A DNA stretch of 62,169 nt, taken from positions 1-62,169 of the forward strand of contig NW_026370633.1 of the NCBI RefSeq assembly GCF_001194135.2. The letters are read 5' to 3'. The notes beneath the pieces were generated by a model. That model saw only the letters and a list, made by a program, of their open reading frames with translations. It made no database searches and had not been told where the DNA came from. A program made the position numbers and the translations under genes. Each line of letters starts with the position of its first letter. Position 1 is the stretch's first letter. Below, piece after piece: positions 47,360 to 59,554 of the stretch. This DNA comes from Octopus bimaculoides. Taxonomy: Eukaryota.

Positions 47360-47417
47360 TCCAATATATAATATATATATGTACAAATATAGTTTTGTAA
47401 TTATAAGATCCAATGAT

Positions 47418-47440
47418 CTAAGTGTAGAAAGTTAGTAAGC
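47418..47440 (-). promoter_or_regulatory. 3' splice site opening the giant zinc-finger exon
   Basis: gctTACTAACtttctacacttAG: perfect branch-point heptamer (47437-47431) followed by a pyrimidine tract and AG; 58 nt to the ATG. Confidence 0.65.
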
Positions 47441-48057
47441 TTTGAGCAGTCCGTGGCAGGTGTAAAAGAATTCAGTGCCCAGGAACAATAACAGAGGCCT
47501 TTCCCATACTGAAGTTTGATAAGCTGAAACACCTTTATATAATGAAGGTATCTTTGGCCTGATGATTAGCTAGTTGAGTACCCCTCATTGATCTGCTAGT
47601 TAACAAACATATGTAGTCTGGATTTTACCCTCAATTTGGCTATACATATATATATATATATATATATGTACAAATATATTTTTGTCTTTATTTGTTTTAG
47701 TCGTTGAACTGTAGCCATTCTAGAACATTCCTTTGATATATATTGATATAAATATATAGAAAAAATATAGTGAAAAAAGGGCCGCTCCAAACTTGACCGA
47801 AGTAGGAGGCCAGTGAGGTAAAAAGCATGGGAAACTATCTTATAATTTGGGGTCTTTTTTTCTTGAAAATCTTTGACATGTCTAATGTCTTTTATATAAC
47901 TTTCAGTTTTGCCTCTCTGTATCCCTTTTTTCCAACATCTTTCAGTCAAATTTTTCTTTCAACATGATTCCTTCACAAAATAGTCGGTGCCATGCTAGGG
48001 CACTGCCTTGATATATAAATCCATAAATACACACACACACATGTATATATATATATA

Positions 48058-48134
<77 letters not shown>

Positions 48135-48339
48135 ATATAGGGTGAAATATATGAGGGGAAAAGGGCCAGTTAATCTTTAAATTCTGACCAAAGTAGGTAC
48201 CAGAGAGGCATAAATTATGGAAAACTATTTTTCAATTTTGGGAGTTTTTTCCTTCAAAATCTTTCACAATGGTTTCTGTGCTTCCTTTTACATTTTAATT
48301 TTTACTTTTATTACTTATTTATCTCATCTTTCTCTAACG

Positions 48340-49705
48340 CAATTTCTTCCCAAAAAACTGTTGGCATTTCTCACCAGCATATATAGTCATTTGTGATTAT
48401 GTCTCCATAATTTTTTAAAATTCATATTTATCATTTCTTCGTGGAACAGCTGGTGCCATGCTGGAGCACTCAAAATTTTTCCATTCCACACGATCTCTTT
48501 AAATAGTTGGCATCTCTCACTTTCTCCAAATCATTTTTTCACATATTTATATCATTTCTCCACAAAATGGTTAGCACAGTTCACTTGCATATTGACAATT
48601 CAAAGTTTTTCATCCAATAAAATTTCTTCAGAAAATAACTGACACCTCTTACTTGTGTGTAGATGATTCAAAATTTTCCTTCCATCTAACACAATATTTT
48701 CACAAGATAGCTGCCATTTTTTGCTTGTATATAAACACTTCAAAATTTTCCATCCAACATTTCTTCAAACAAATAGCATCTCTCACTTATAATTTCCATA
48801 ATTTTTTTTTTATCCTTTTCTTCATTTATTCCAGTTTTTCTCTGGAAATGGTTTATTTCAAATTTTCCTTAAGCACAACACAACTCAATGAGATGACTGC
48901 AATATAACACCTCTCACTTGCATCATGGCTTTCTTGTTAATTTTTTTAATCACTATTTGTAGTCTTTTCCATTTTTGTTTTTGTAATGAGAAAACTCAAT
49001 ATTTGTTATTTTTTCCATGGTGTTTTTTATGTGTGTTTGATATACTTTTTTGACATCTGATAACTTCTTCAGTCAGTTTCCTGATATCCCATAAAATTCA
49101 AATCCTAATATGATATCATATATATCAATATATTATCAATATATATAATGTTTGCTTTTTTCTTCTTTTTCCTCCTCTAGGCTCCAGGATCAAATCCTGC
49201 CAAGGGTAGTCTCACGCCTTTTAATTCTTTGGGTTTGCAAAAGGTAACAAGGATCATAAAAATCAATTTTTGTTGGGGTTTGAAGTTCAGTTGGAATTCA
49301 TCTAACCTTGTATTTATCTGCAAAATAAAATCCAGTTTCAGGGCCAGATGGAAGAGCCCAAACTATTACATATTCAACATTCTGGGCCACACTATTACAA
49401 CATTTAAGTTACAGAGACAAAAAAAGAAAAAGAAAAAAAAAATTATGGCCAAAATGTTATATATGGTTGTTTCCAGAACTGGAAATTAAGGCATAATATA
49501 TATTCATGTTACAGGGCCCAAAAGCAAAAATATAGCAAGGTAATTACAAGTTCCAGAGCCAAAAAAGAAAAATGTAGCAAGAAACTATATATTCAGATTT
49601 CAGGTCTCCAAAACAAGATTCTAAGGTATTTTAACATATTCAGGTTTAGGGGCCCGAAAACAAAAATGATACCAAAGCATTATATATCATCAAGTACCAA
49701 AAATA

Positions 49706-49737
<32 letters not shown>

Positions 49738-49900
49738 TAACATTAAATTTTAAAAATTACCTTCAAACTAAAAATAAAAAATAAAAAATTGGGGAATAAT
49801 ACAAGAAACCAAAATATTACATATTCGAATTCCAGGCCCAGATTAAATGAAAAAAAAATCAAAGATATTTCAATATTTAAGTTCTGGGCCCAAAATTAAA
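48340..49900. repeat. Degenerate AT-rich minisatellite-like tracts
   Basis: Recurrent aaatag(t/c)tggcatctctcactt-like units (48340-48920) and catattca..ttcagggcc..aaaa units (49330-49900). Confidence 0.5.
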
Positions 49901-51629
49901 AAAGAAAATCCCTCAAGTGTTGATGCAAGATATCGATATATACACATAATAATAATGTGTATGTATGTATTTATATATATATGTATGTATGTAATAGATA
50001 TATGTATGTATAATGTATCTATATATGTGTGTGTGTAACCTATGTAGTATATAGATAAACAGGGCTAATGTAGTTATTTCTTTGTAGATTGAAAAAAAAT
50101 GAACAACCTTAATTGATTTTCGGACCTTATTGAACTTTCATCAGTGACATCTACATCAATTTGACCAATCCCAGAGAAACAAGCAGCCAATCTGTTTACA
50201 TACTCAAAAAATGCAGCAGCTACAGAGAACTGGAGCTTCTAATTTGCATACCACAGGTGTGTAACCCTTTATAGGTTGGCCCAAATAAATGCTTCCGGTC
50301 ACACCTTCACGTCAATCTCTGGTGCTCAATTTTGTTTCCCCCACACAGTGAAATCCTCCTCCTCTTCTTCTTCCTCCTTCATCACCCTAACCATCATAAT
50401 GGTTCTCCTCAAATTATCTGCCAAGAATCATGGGAATTTTGAAATTTGTTTCTTTACAGAGCAGTAAAATTTAAATTTTAAAAATGGTTCATGTTGATGA
50501 TTGGAAACACCTTAATTTTTTTGGTTTCATGTTGTAAAGACCTCCTCATCACAATTATCTTCAAAGCATTTGCTATAAAATACGGGGATTCTGAAATGTT
50601 AACGATAAAAAAAACTTCATTTCATTTTTGAAATTCAATCAAAAATTAATTAGATCCTATTTGCTGATGACTGGAGATTTTAAAAAATATAAAACAAATT
50701 TACTTTAAATGTTGAGCCTTAAACCTTTTTTCCAGGGGGTAAAGTCTTCCCAATCATTTGCATCCTCTCAATATATTTACTAAAAAATTTCAAGAATTTT
50801 GAAGTAAGAAAATAAATAAGTATAGAATGTGCTGCCAAATAGCAGCAGGTGATGACAGCGGGGACAATTTACATTAGACTTCGACCCTTAATATTTTTAG
50901 CTCATAATGAAGTAATTATCATAATTAATTAAAGAAGCATAAACATTTAACAGGAGGAATGAAAATTTTAAAATCAAAAACAGAAATGTATACGGCTTTT
51001 GTGTGTTATTTTAAATGGCTTATAAACACCTTCCACGCTGTAATTGTTTTCATTCCAGCACACACGCGATCTCAGATCAGGTCACTTGCTATGCAAGTAC
51101 ATATATAGTAAAAAAAAAAATTATTAAAAAAAATTTACATTAAAATTCAACCCTTAATTTCTTTGGCCCCACATTGCAAAGTTACTGTAGTATTCTCAAT
51201 GGTTATCAAAATATTTTCGAATCAAAATGTTGGCCTTGGTGAGATTTGAACTTGGCACTCAAAGCATTGGAAGGAATGCCGGTAAGTATTTTGTCCGATG
51301 CACTCAGGACCCTGCCAACTCACAATAATAAGAAATCTCTGAGTTCATTCCCTGTGCAGTAGTGTTCTGCTTCACATATTGTAGACAAAGGACATTTTTC
51401 TGGAAAAAAAAGCAAAAAAAACAAACAAACAGTAAAATAACACAAAAATTCAGAATAAAAATACAAAAATAATGATTTGTAAAGTAAGGACAAACATTCT
51501 ACGTATTAGAACCCTAGGGTAGCGTCCAGTACATAGGATTTTGAGGATATCAGTCAAAATGCCTGGTGGTATTGTGCAAGGGATTTTTAACACCTTCGTT
51601 ACTAGTGTTCTGTTGAAATATACTGTATT

Positions 51630-51990
51630 AACTCTCTTTTACTCTTTTACTTGTTTCAGTCATTTGACTGCGGCCATGCTGGAGCACCGCCTTTTAGTCG
51701 AGCAAATCGACCCCAGGACTTATTCTTTGGAAGCCTAGTACTTATTCTATCGGTCTCTTTTTGCCGAACCGTTAAGTTACGGGGACGTAAACACACCAGC
51801 ATCGGTTGTCAAACGAAGTTGGGGGGACAAACACAGACACACAACCATATATATATATATACATATATACGACGGGCTTCTTTCAGTTTCCGTCTACGAA
51901 ATCCACTCACAAGGCTTTGGTCGGCCCGAGGCTATAGTAGAAGACACTTGCCCAAGGTGCCACGCAGTGGGACTGAACCCGGAACCATGT
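51630..51990 (-). mobile_element. SINE family A, cut by a gap
   Basis: Near-identical to 34375-34766. Confidence 0.88.
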
Positions 51991-52416
51991 NNNNNNNNNN
52001 NNNNNNNNNNNNNNNNNNNNNNNNNNNNNNNNNNNNNNNNNNNNNNNNNNNNNNNNNNNNNNNNNNNNNNNNNNNNNNNNNNNNNNNNNNNNNNNNNNNN
52101 NNNNNNNNNNNNNNNNNNNNNNNNNNNNNNNNNNNNNNNNNNNNNNNNNNNNNNNNNNNNNNNNNNNNNNNNNNNNNNNNNNNNNNNNNNNNNNNNNNNN
52201 NNNNNNNNNNNNNNNNNNNNNNNNNNNNNNNNNNNNNNNNNNNNNNNNNNNNNNNNNNNNNNNNNNNNNNNNNNNNNNNNNNNNNNNNNNNNNNNNNNNN
52301 NNNNNNNNNNNNNNNNNNNNNNNNNNNNNNNNNNNNNNNNNNNNNNNNNNNNNNNNNNNNNNNNNNNNNNNNNNNNNNNNNNNNNNNNNNNNNNNNNNNN
52401 NNNNNNNNNNNNNNNN

Positions 52417-52463
<47 letters not shown>

Positions 52464-52468
52464 ACAGA

Positions 52469-52561
52469 TAATTAGAAAATGGAGAAAAACATAGATTAAC
52501 CAGCGCATCGACAGGACTACATTGCGCTGGTTAATCGATGTTTTTCTCCATTTTCTAATTA
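52469..52561. other. Near-perfect hairpin: 39-bp arms, one mismatch, 15-nt loop
   Basis: 52469-52507 is the reverse complement of 52523-52561 except for the 52493/52537 pair. Confidence 0.95.
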
Positions 52562-52562
52562 C

Positions 52563-52766
52563 CTGCATTATTGGTTCCTGATAAACTTTTGTTTATCCTG
52601 TTGTTACCTGCGATCGACGTATATAGTGTTCCTGTACACACCACTGCCCGGGGTTAACACAAATACCAGATACTGATAGTATATACGGATATTTTATCCT
52701 TTAGTCGGTTCCTACAACCGCTAACTCTATTTATGTAGATGTAATTATCACAGTTACAAAGTCCGA
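52563..52766 (-). other. Putative 5'UTR exon of the zinc-finger gene with two alternative donors
   Basis: Long pyrimidine tract ending in AAG at 52768-52767; donors CAG/gtaaca (52607) and CAG/gtaatt (52562). Confidence 0.35.
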
Positions 52767-53142
52767 CTTTGTGAAACGGGAAACTTAACATAAAAGAAAT
52801 AAAGACGAAAAAAAGGTGGCACTAAAAGAAAAAGAACAAACAACCATAACAACATCAACAGGGGCAGAAACTGTTCGTTGATAGAACAAAACCCCTTCAA
52901 CAGAAAAAGATAAATACACAAATATTACAAGGTTCTTCAATTATACTTCGTTTCTTGTCAGTAGGAAACACTCTTATTTTGATCGTGGTTTTTAACAGAC
53001 ATAATTTTAAACGGATTTTACATCGTGTGTACATGTGGAGGGAGATCCGTTTTAATGAATTAATTAACTATTAATAAGGACAGAAGGGGTAGGAATGATT
53101 AAAAAAATAATAATAAATTAAATCAATATATAAAGGCCTTAC

Positions 53143-53230
53143 CTAGGAGTACAGGGCTTCCAAGCTTTTCAAATGGATATTATTCTGGCCGAGCACCGGT
53201 TACTACTATAACTGCTTTCCTTCACAACAA
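53143..53230 (-). other. Putative upstream non-coding exon (upper boundary unknown)
   Basis: Consensus donor TAG/gtaagg at 53142; no ATG in the stretch. Confidence 0.3.
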
Positions 53231-53519
53231 AGATTTCTCCTCCTCTTCCTCCCTTTCGCTCTCTCTCTCTGTATTTATCGATCTCCTATTTTCCCTTTTT
53301 CTTTATCTAACCACTCTCTCCCTCCCCCTCTTTCTCTCCTTTACTCATTCATTTATTCTTTCTTTCTTTTTCTCCCCCTCTCTCTCTGTTCCGTTCTCCC
53401 CCCTCTCTTTCCTTCCGTCTCATTCCTTGTCGGGACCTTTGCTTCCCTTACACCGGCTTCTGGCATATCTCCGACTTAGTTACTTGTGTATATATATATA
53501 TGTGTATATATATATATAT

Positions 53520-53747
53520 TCTTTTACTCTTTTACTTGTTTCAGTCAATTGACCGCTGCCATGCTGGAGCACCGCCGTTAGTCGAATCAAATCGACCCCA
53601 GGACTTATTCTTTGGAAGCCTAGTACTTATTCTATCGGTCCTTTTTGCCGAACCGCTAAGTTACAGGAATGTTAACACACCAGCATCGGTTATCAAGCGA
53701 TGTTGGTGGTGGTAGTGGGACAAACACAGACACATAAACATATACAA

Positions 53748-53794
<47 letters not shown>

Positions 53795-53955
53795 TATACG
53801 ACGGGCTTCCTTCAGTTTCCGTCTACCAAATCCACTCACAAAGACTTTGGTCGGTCTGTGGCTATAGTAGAAGACACTTGCCCAAGGTGCCACGCAGTGG
53901 GACTGAAACCGGAACCATGTGGTTGGGAAGCAAGCTACTTACCACACAGTCATTC
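53520..53955 (-). mobile_element. SINE family A, full length
   Basis: Matches the other family A copies. Confidence 0.88.
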
Positions 53956-54387
53956 CTTGCAACGATGAATGAATGATTGTTGATTCAATATGAAATATTC
54001 TCGTTGCAAAAACAGTATCTTTCTTTTCTTACTTTTCATTACAATCTTTAAGTTTTGATAGAATTTATTTAAATGCTGTTTGACCCGCAGACCTCAGTTT
54101 GGCCAGTCCTGCGTCTACGCTGACCGCACCGTTTCACAGACGTTGCTTTAAGACGCGTCACTAACTAGGTTAACTTGGTCGGGAGTGTTTGTGTAGTAAT
54201 CGACCGTGTAACAGCTTGTAATGGGTTACATTTTAGAACCAAAATACCCACAACGTTCTTACTACTGACTCATACTCATGTGCAATCACAAGACACAGAA
54301 AGGAGTAATTTGAATGAGATTTGGCTGCTATTTCGAGCAGGTCTATTGGCTGAGACATACATATATACATACATATAAGACAGCATG

Positions 54388-54925
54388 GTGTGATTTGAGG
54401 GAGATCTGGTTGCTATTTCTGTTAGGTCCAGCTACCATGGAGAGGCCTCCCTCATTGGCTCATACATATATACATAGATAAGAGAGTAGGGTGTGATTTG
54501 AGGGAGATTTGGTTGCTATTTCTACCAGGTCCAGCTACCATGTAGAGGTCTCCCTCATTGGCTCATACATACATATATACATAGATAAGAGAGTAGGGTG
54601 TGATTTGAGGGAGATTTGGTTGCTATTTCTGTGAGGTCCAGCTANNNNNNNNNNATAGATAAGAGAGTAGGGTGTGATTTGAGGGAGATTTGGTTGCTAT
54701 TTCTACCAGGTCCAGCTACCATGTAGAGGTCTCCCTCATTGGCTCATACATACATATATACATAGATAAGAGAGTAGGGTGTGATTTGAGGGAGATTTGG
54801 TTGCTATTTCTGTGAGGTCCAGCTACCATGTAGAGGCCTCCCTCATTGGCTCATACATTTTTACATAGATAAGAGAGTAGGGTGTGATTTGAGGGAGATT
54901 TGGCTGCTATTTCTAGCATAAAGTG
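54388..54925. repeat. 103-107-bp tandem array, about 6 copies
   Basis: gtgtgatttgagggagat at 54388, 54491, 54598, 54672 (after a 10-N gap), 54779 and 54882. Confidence 0.92.
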
Positions 54926-54959
54926 TGACCACGTAGAGAGAATGAACATGGGAACTCCA

Positions 54960-55620
54960 TGGTTAAGGGAGAAACAGAGAGAGAGTGAGAGAAAGGGTGT
55001 TTGTATGTGAGAGATAGAGAGAAGAATGTGAATAGTGAAAGGACGAAGTAGAAGGAGAGAGAAAAAGAGAGAGTAAAGGGAAAATGAAGGAAGGAGGGAT
55101 GGAGATAGAGAGGGAAAATTAAGTATGTGAGAAAGAGAGAGAGTGGTAAGAGAAAAGGGGGAGGAAACTGAGGAAGAGAGAAGGGAATGAAAATGAGGAA
55201 GTTAGGGGTGTAAGAGAAAGGGGGAGGGATAATGAAGAAGAGAGAGAGATTTAAGAAAGAAAGGGAGGGAAAATGAGGATTAGGAAGAGGTGAAAGCGAG
55301 ACAGTGATGGAGAATAAGGATGAGAGAAAGACAGAAAGAAACAGAGAGAGAGGGAAAAGGAGCTAGTAGAAGCATGTGAGGTGTGGCAATGGGGAAGAAG
55401 AAGTGAGTAGGAAATAGAGGGAGAGGAAGAAAGATAAGAGCGAGAGATAAATAGACAGGAGTGATAGAGAGAGAGAGGTAAATCGGAGTGAGAGAGAAAT
55501 GAGTGGAAGTGTGAGAGGTAGAGTAAAAGGAGGAGAAGGAAATAGGAGGGAAAGAGACATAGTAAGTGTGAGACAGATAGATAGATAGATAGGGATAAAG
55601 AGAGGGTGAGTGAATGCGCG
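54960..55620. repeat. Long purine-rich (GA) low-complexity tract
   Basis: Directly visible; the complementary-type pyrimidine tract lies at 53215-53430. Confidence 0.85.
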
Positions 55621-55759
55621 TTGTGAGTGATAGGGAGAGTCGTGAGCGTGGCAACGGTGACAGGTCATCAGCACCTACTACCGTAACGTCAGAGAACAAG
55701 GACGAGTGTGACTGCGGACTCGTGACTGCGCGTGCACGCACACACTCATAGACACATAT

Positions 55760-55780
55760 TTGTGTATGTGTGTGTGCGCG

Positions 55781-55819
<39 letters not shown>

Positions 55820-55827
55820 ATATATGT

Positions 55828-55871
<44 letters not shown>

Positions 55872-57218
55872 GTGTGTATATATATATATGTGTGTGTGTG
55901 TATGCGCAGTGACACTGTACATGTGTCGGTATGACCTCACACACACCTGTATGTGTGTATGTATGTATCTATATATATATATTTATATATATATATATAT
56001 ATATATGTATATACATACACAGTCACACATACACTACACTCAGAAAGTCACTAAAATACACACACACTCACTTATAGGGACACTAACACAAGCACAATGA
56101 CATGAACATACATACATACATACGTACATACATACATATATACACACAGATACATAAAGACAGGCTCACACACACTAACAGAGACATTAGCACACACACT
56201 TACACATACAAAGACTGCACATACATACACATGCACACACACGTATACAGTAAGACACGCACACACTCTCACTAAGAGAAGCATGCAGACACATTAAAAC
56301 ACACTCACAAGGACACGTACACACACATTGACACACACACAGAAACATATAAGCATAGACACACTAACATATACAGACATTANNNNNNNNNNNNNNNNNN
56401 NNNNNNNNNNNNNNNNNNNNNNNNNNNNNNNNNNNNNNNNNNNNNNNNNNNNNNNNNNNNNNNNNNNNNNNNNNNNNNNNNNNNNNNNNNNNNNNNNNNN
56501 NNNNNNNNNNNNNNNNNNNNNNNNNNNNNNNNNNNNNNNNNNNNNNNNNNNNNNNNGACGCACTCAAACACACTAAGACTAACACACGTACACATATATT
56601 AGCGTCAGCACGCTACCATATACACACACATGAAGATAAACTCACACACAGAGGCACTAACATATACACACACTGACACCAACACACATACACACACATT
56701 AACACCAAAAGCTAACGCACGCATTTACACAATCACACACACACAAACGTTGACACACTAATGCATACACGTACACACTAAAACATTAGCACACACACAC
56801 ACACTTACACCTACACAAACCCGCATATGAACATAAACATAGACACACTAACACCGACACACATACACATACATGACCACCAGCACACTACCACATACTT
56901 ACGTTCACACAACTGCACACACATTAACATACACACACACACATACATTAATACCAGCACACAACCACATACACGTACACAAACCCCGCATAGAAATATA
57001 AACAGAAACACACTGACACCAACACACACACACACATACATTAACACCAGCACACAACCACATACACGTACACAAACCGACGCACACACACTTACACATA
57101 CACGTATCCGCATACAAACATAAACATAGACACACTGACACCAACACACGCACACATTGACATCAGCACACTGACACCGACACACTTACACATACATTAA
57201 CACCAGCACACAACCACA

Positions 57219-57262
<44 letters not shown>

Positions 57263-57633
57263 TTCACACAGACCTAAACATAGAAGCATTAACATCGACA
57301 CACTAACACCACAGCCCTCCCCCTCTTTCACTCTCTGTCTTACTTTCTTCTCTCTCACTCTCTGTCTCTGTCTCTCCTGTTAATCCAATATGGCGAGTGA
57401 GGTTGAAACACTCGACAGCCTTCTCAGTAAGTTTCGAGCCATTTTCTTTCCTATTCCAAAGCCATTTCTTCACCCGATTCCCTTTCGTTTCCGTCCACGT
57501 CACATACATCTTTCACTTCCTCTCTGATTTCCACGACATTGTCTATTTTAGACACAGATCTCAGACAATATCTCCACACCGATTGTCCCCTAGTCTCACA
57601 ACCACATCATTCTACACACATCATCATATACCA

Positions 57634-57677
<44 letters not shown>

Positions 57678-57882
57678 CTATATATTATTATATATATATA
57701 CAAATACATACATATATATAGAGAGAGCGAGAGAGAGAAAGAGCTATGTATGTGATGTGTAAATATATATATTTATATATGTATGAAGGTGTATTTATAT
57801 ATATATATATATATATAGCTATACATCCCTATGTGTGTATATCTATATATACACCTATATATTATTATATATATATACACAT

Positions 57883-57931
<49 letters not shown>

Positions 57932-58212
57932 AAGAGATATGTATGTGATGTGTAAATATATATATATAATGTATATATTTATATATGTATCAAGGTGTAT
58001 TTATATATATATATATATATGTAGCTATACATCTCTATGTGTGTATATCCATATATACACACATATATATGCATATATATTTGTAAATATATATATATAT
58101 ATATATAGGTAATGTGTATAATGTATCTATAGAGATGTGTGTATATAGATATCATGTATATATAATATATGATTCTGTATCTATGTATATATTGTACATA
58201 TCTATATACATT

Positions 58213-58246
<34 letters not shown>

Positions 58247-58593
58247 GTATATATACACTGCTTACTGGTTTTACATCGATATACTGATGTGATTACTATA
58301 TATATATATACACGCTTGTGCGTATATGTATATACCATCTATCTGTACAAATGTAAATATATACGTCTATTTGTATTTTATAAACAACTGTAAAATATAT
58401 ATATACATATGCACACATAAGCATTGTACGTCCGTGTGTCCCTCGAATATTGTTTTTAGCCATCACGGTCAAGGCCGAAAGGAAGCACATCGCATATACA
58501 TACATATATACACACACACACATATATACACACTTGCCAGGACTGTATTGCTTTTACTTATGTAGATCTGTTTACATAAATATGCAGACGTAA

Positions 58594-58626
<33 letters not shown>

Positions 58627-58640
58627 TATACGTACACCTG
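55760..58640. repeat. Compound (TA)/(CA)/(TG) microsatellite fields (similar fields at 10780-12060, 13140-13620, 31970-32310)
   Basis: Directly visible; source of the many YI/CV/HT-rich spurious ORFs. Confidence 0.9.
57390..57426 (+). CDS. Putative first coding exon of a divergent plus-strand gene (MASEVETLDSLL..)
   Basis: aatATGGCG start context and consensus donor A/gtaagt in a unique island; downstream exons not identified. Confidence 0.4.
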
Positions 58641-59515
58641 GGCTTCTAAGCCGAAACTCCGTAGTCACTATCGTTTTCCTTTTTTATATATATATAGATN
58701 NNNNNNNNNNNNNNNNNNNNNNNNNNNNNNNNNNNNNNNNNNNNNNNNNNNNNNNNNNNNNNNNNNNNNNNNNNNNNNNNNNNNNNNNNNNNNNNNNNNN
58801 NNNNNNNNNNNNNNNNNNNNNNNNNNNNNNNNNNNNNNNNNNNNNNNNNNNNNNNNNNNNNNNNNNNNNNNNNNNNNNNNNNNNNNNNNNNNNNNNNNNN
58901 NNNNNNNNNNNNNNNNNNNNNNNNNNNNNNNNNNNNNNNNNNNNNNNNNNNNNNNNNNNNNNNNNNNNNNNNNNNNNNNNNNNNNNNNNNNNNNNNNNNN
59001 NNNNNNNNNNNNNNNNNNNNNNNNNNNNNNNNNNNNNNNNNNNNNNNNNNNNNNNNNNNNNNNNNNNNNNNNNNNNNNNNNNNNNNNNNNNNNNNNNNNN
59101 NNNNNNNNNNNNNNNNNNNNNNNNNNNNNNNNNNNNNNNNNNNNNNNNNNNNNNNNNNNNNNNNNNNNNNNNNNNNNNNNNNNNNNNNNNNNNNNNNNNN
59201 NNNNNNNNNNNNNNNNNNNNNNNNNNNNNNNNNNNNNNNNNNNNNNNNNNNNNNNNNNNNNNNNNNNNNNNNNNNNNNNNNNNNNNNNNNNNNNNNNNNN
59301 NNNNNNNNNNNNNNNNNNNNNNNNNNNNNNNNNNNNNNNNNNNNNNNNNNNNNNNNNNNNNNNNNNNNNNNNNNNNNNNNNNNNNNNNNNNNNNNNNNNN
59401 NNNNNNNNNNNNNNNNNNNNNNNNNNNNNNNNNNNNNNNNNNNNNNNNNNNNNNNNNNNNNNNNNNNNNNNNNNNNNNNNNNNNNNNNNNNNNNNNNNNN
59501 NNNNNNNNNNNNNNN

Positions 59516-59554
<39 letters not shown>

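Noticed and set aside
37607-47371. Long antisense and alternative-frame ORFs overlapping the ZNF
   Set aside because: Expected shadows of a GC3-rich, triplet-repeat-rich CDS.
47360-47413. N-terminal extension MDLIITKLYLYIYILYIG
   Set aside because: It starts at a TTG and runs through a (TA)n tract; more likely 5'UTR, although the frame is open from the acceptor.
8720-54925. Regularly spaced repeats as CRISPR-like arrays
   Set aside because: Units are wholly repeated with no unique spacers, the context is eukaryotic, and there are no cas genes.
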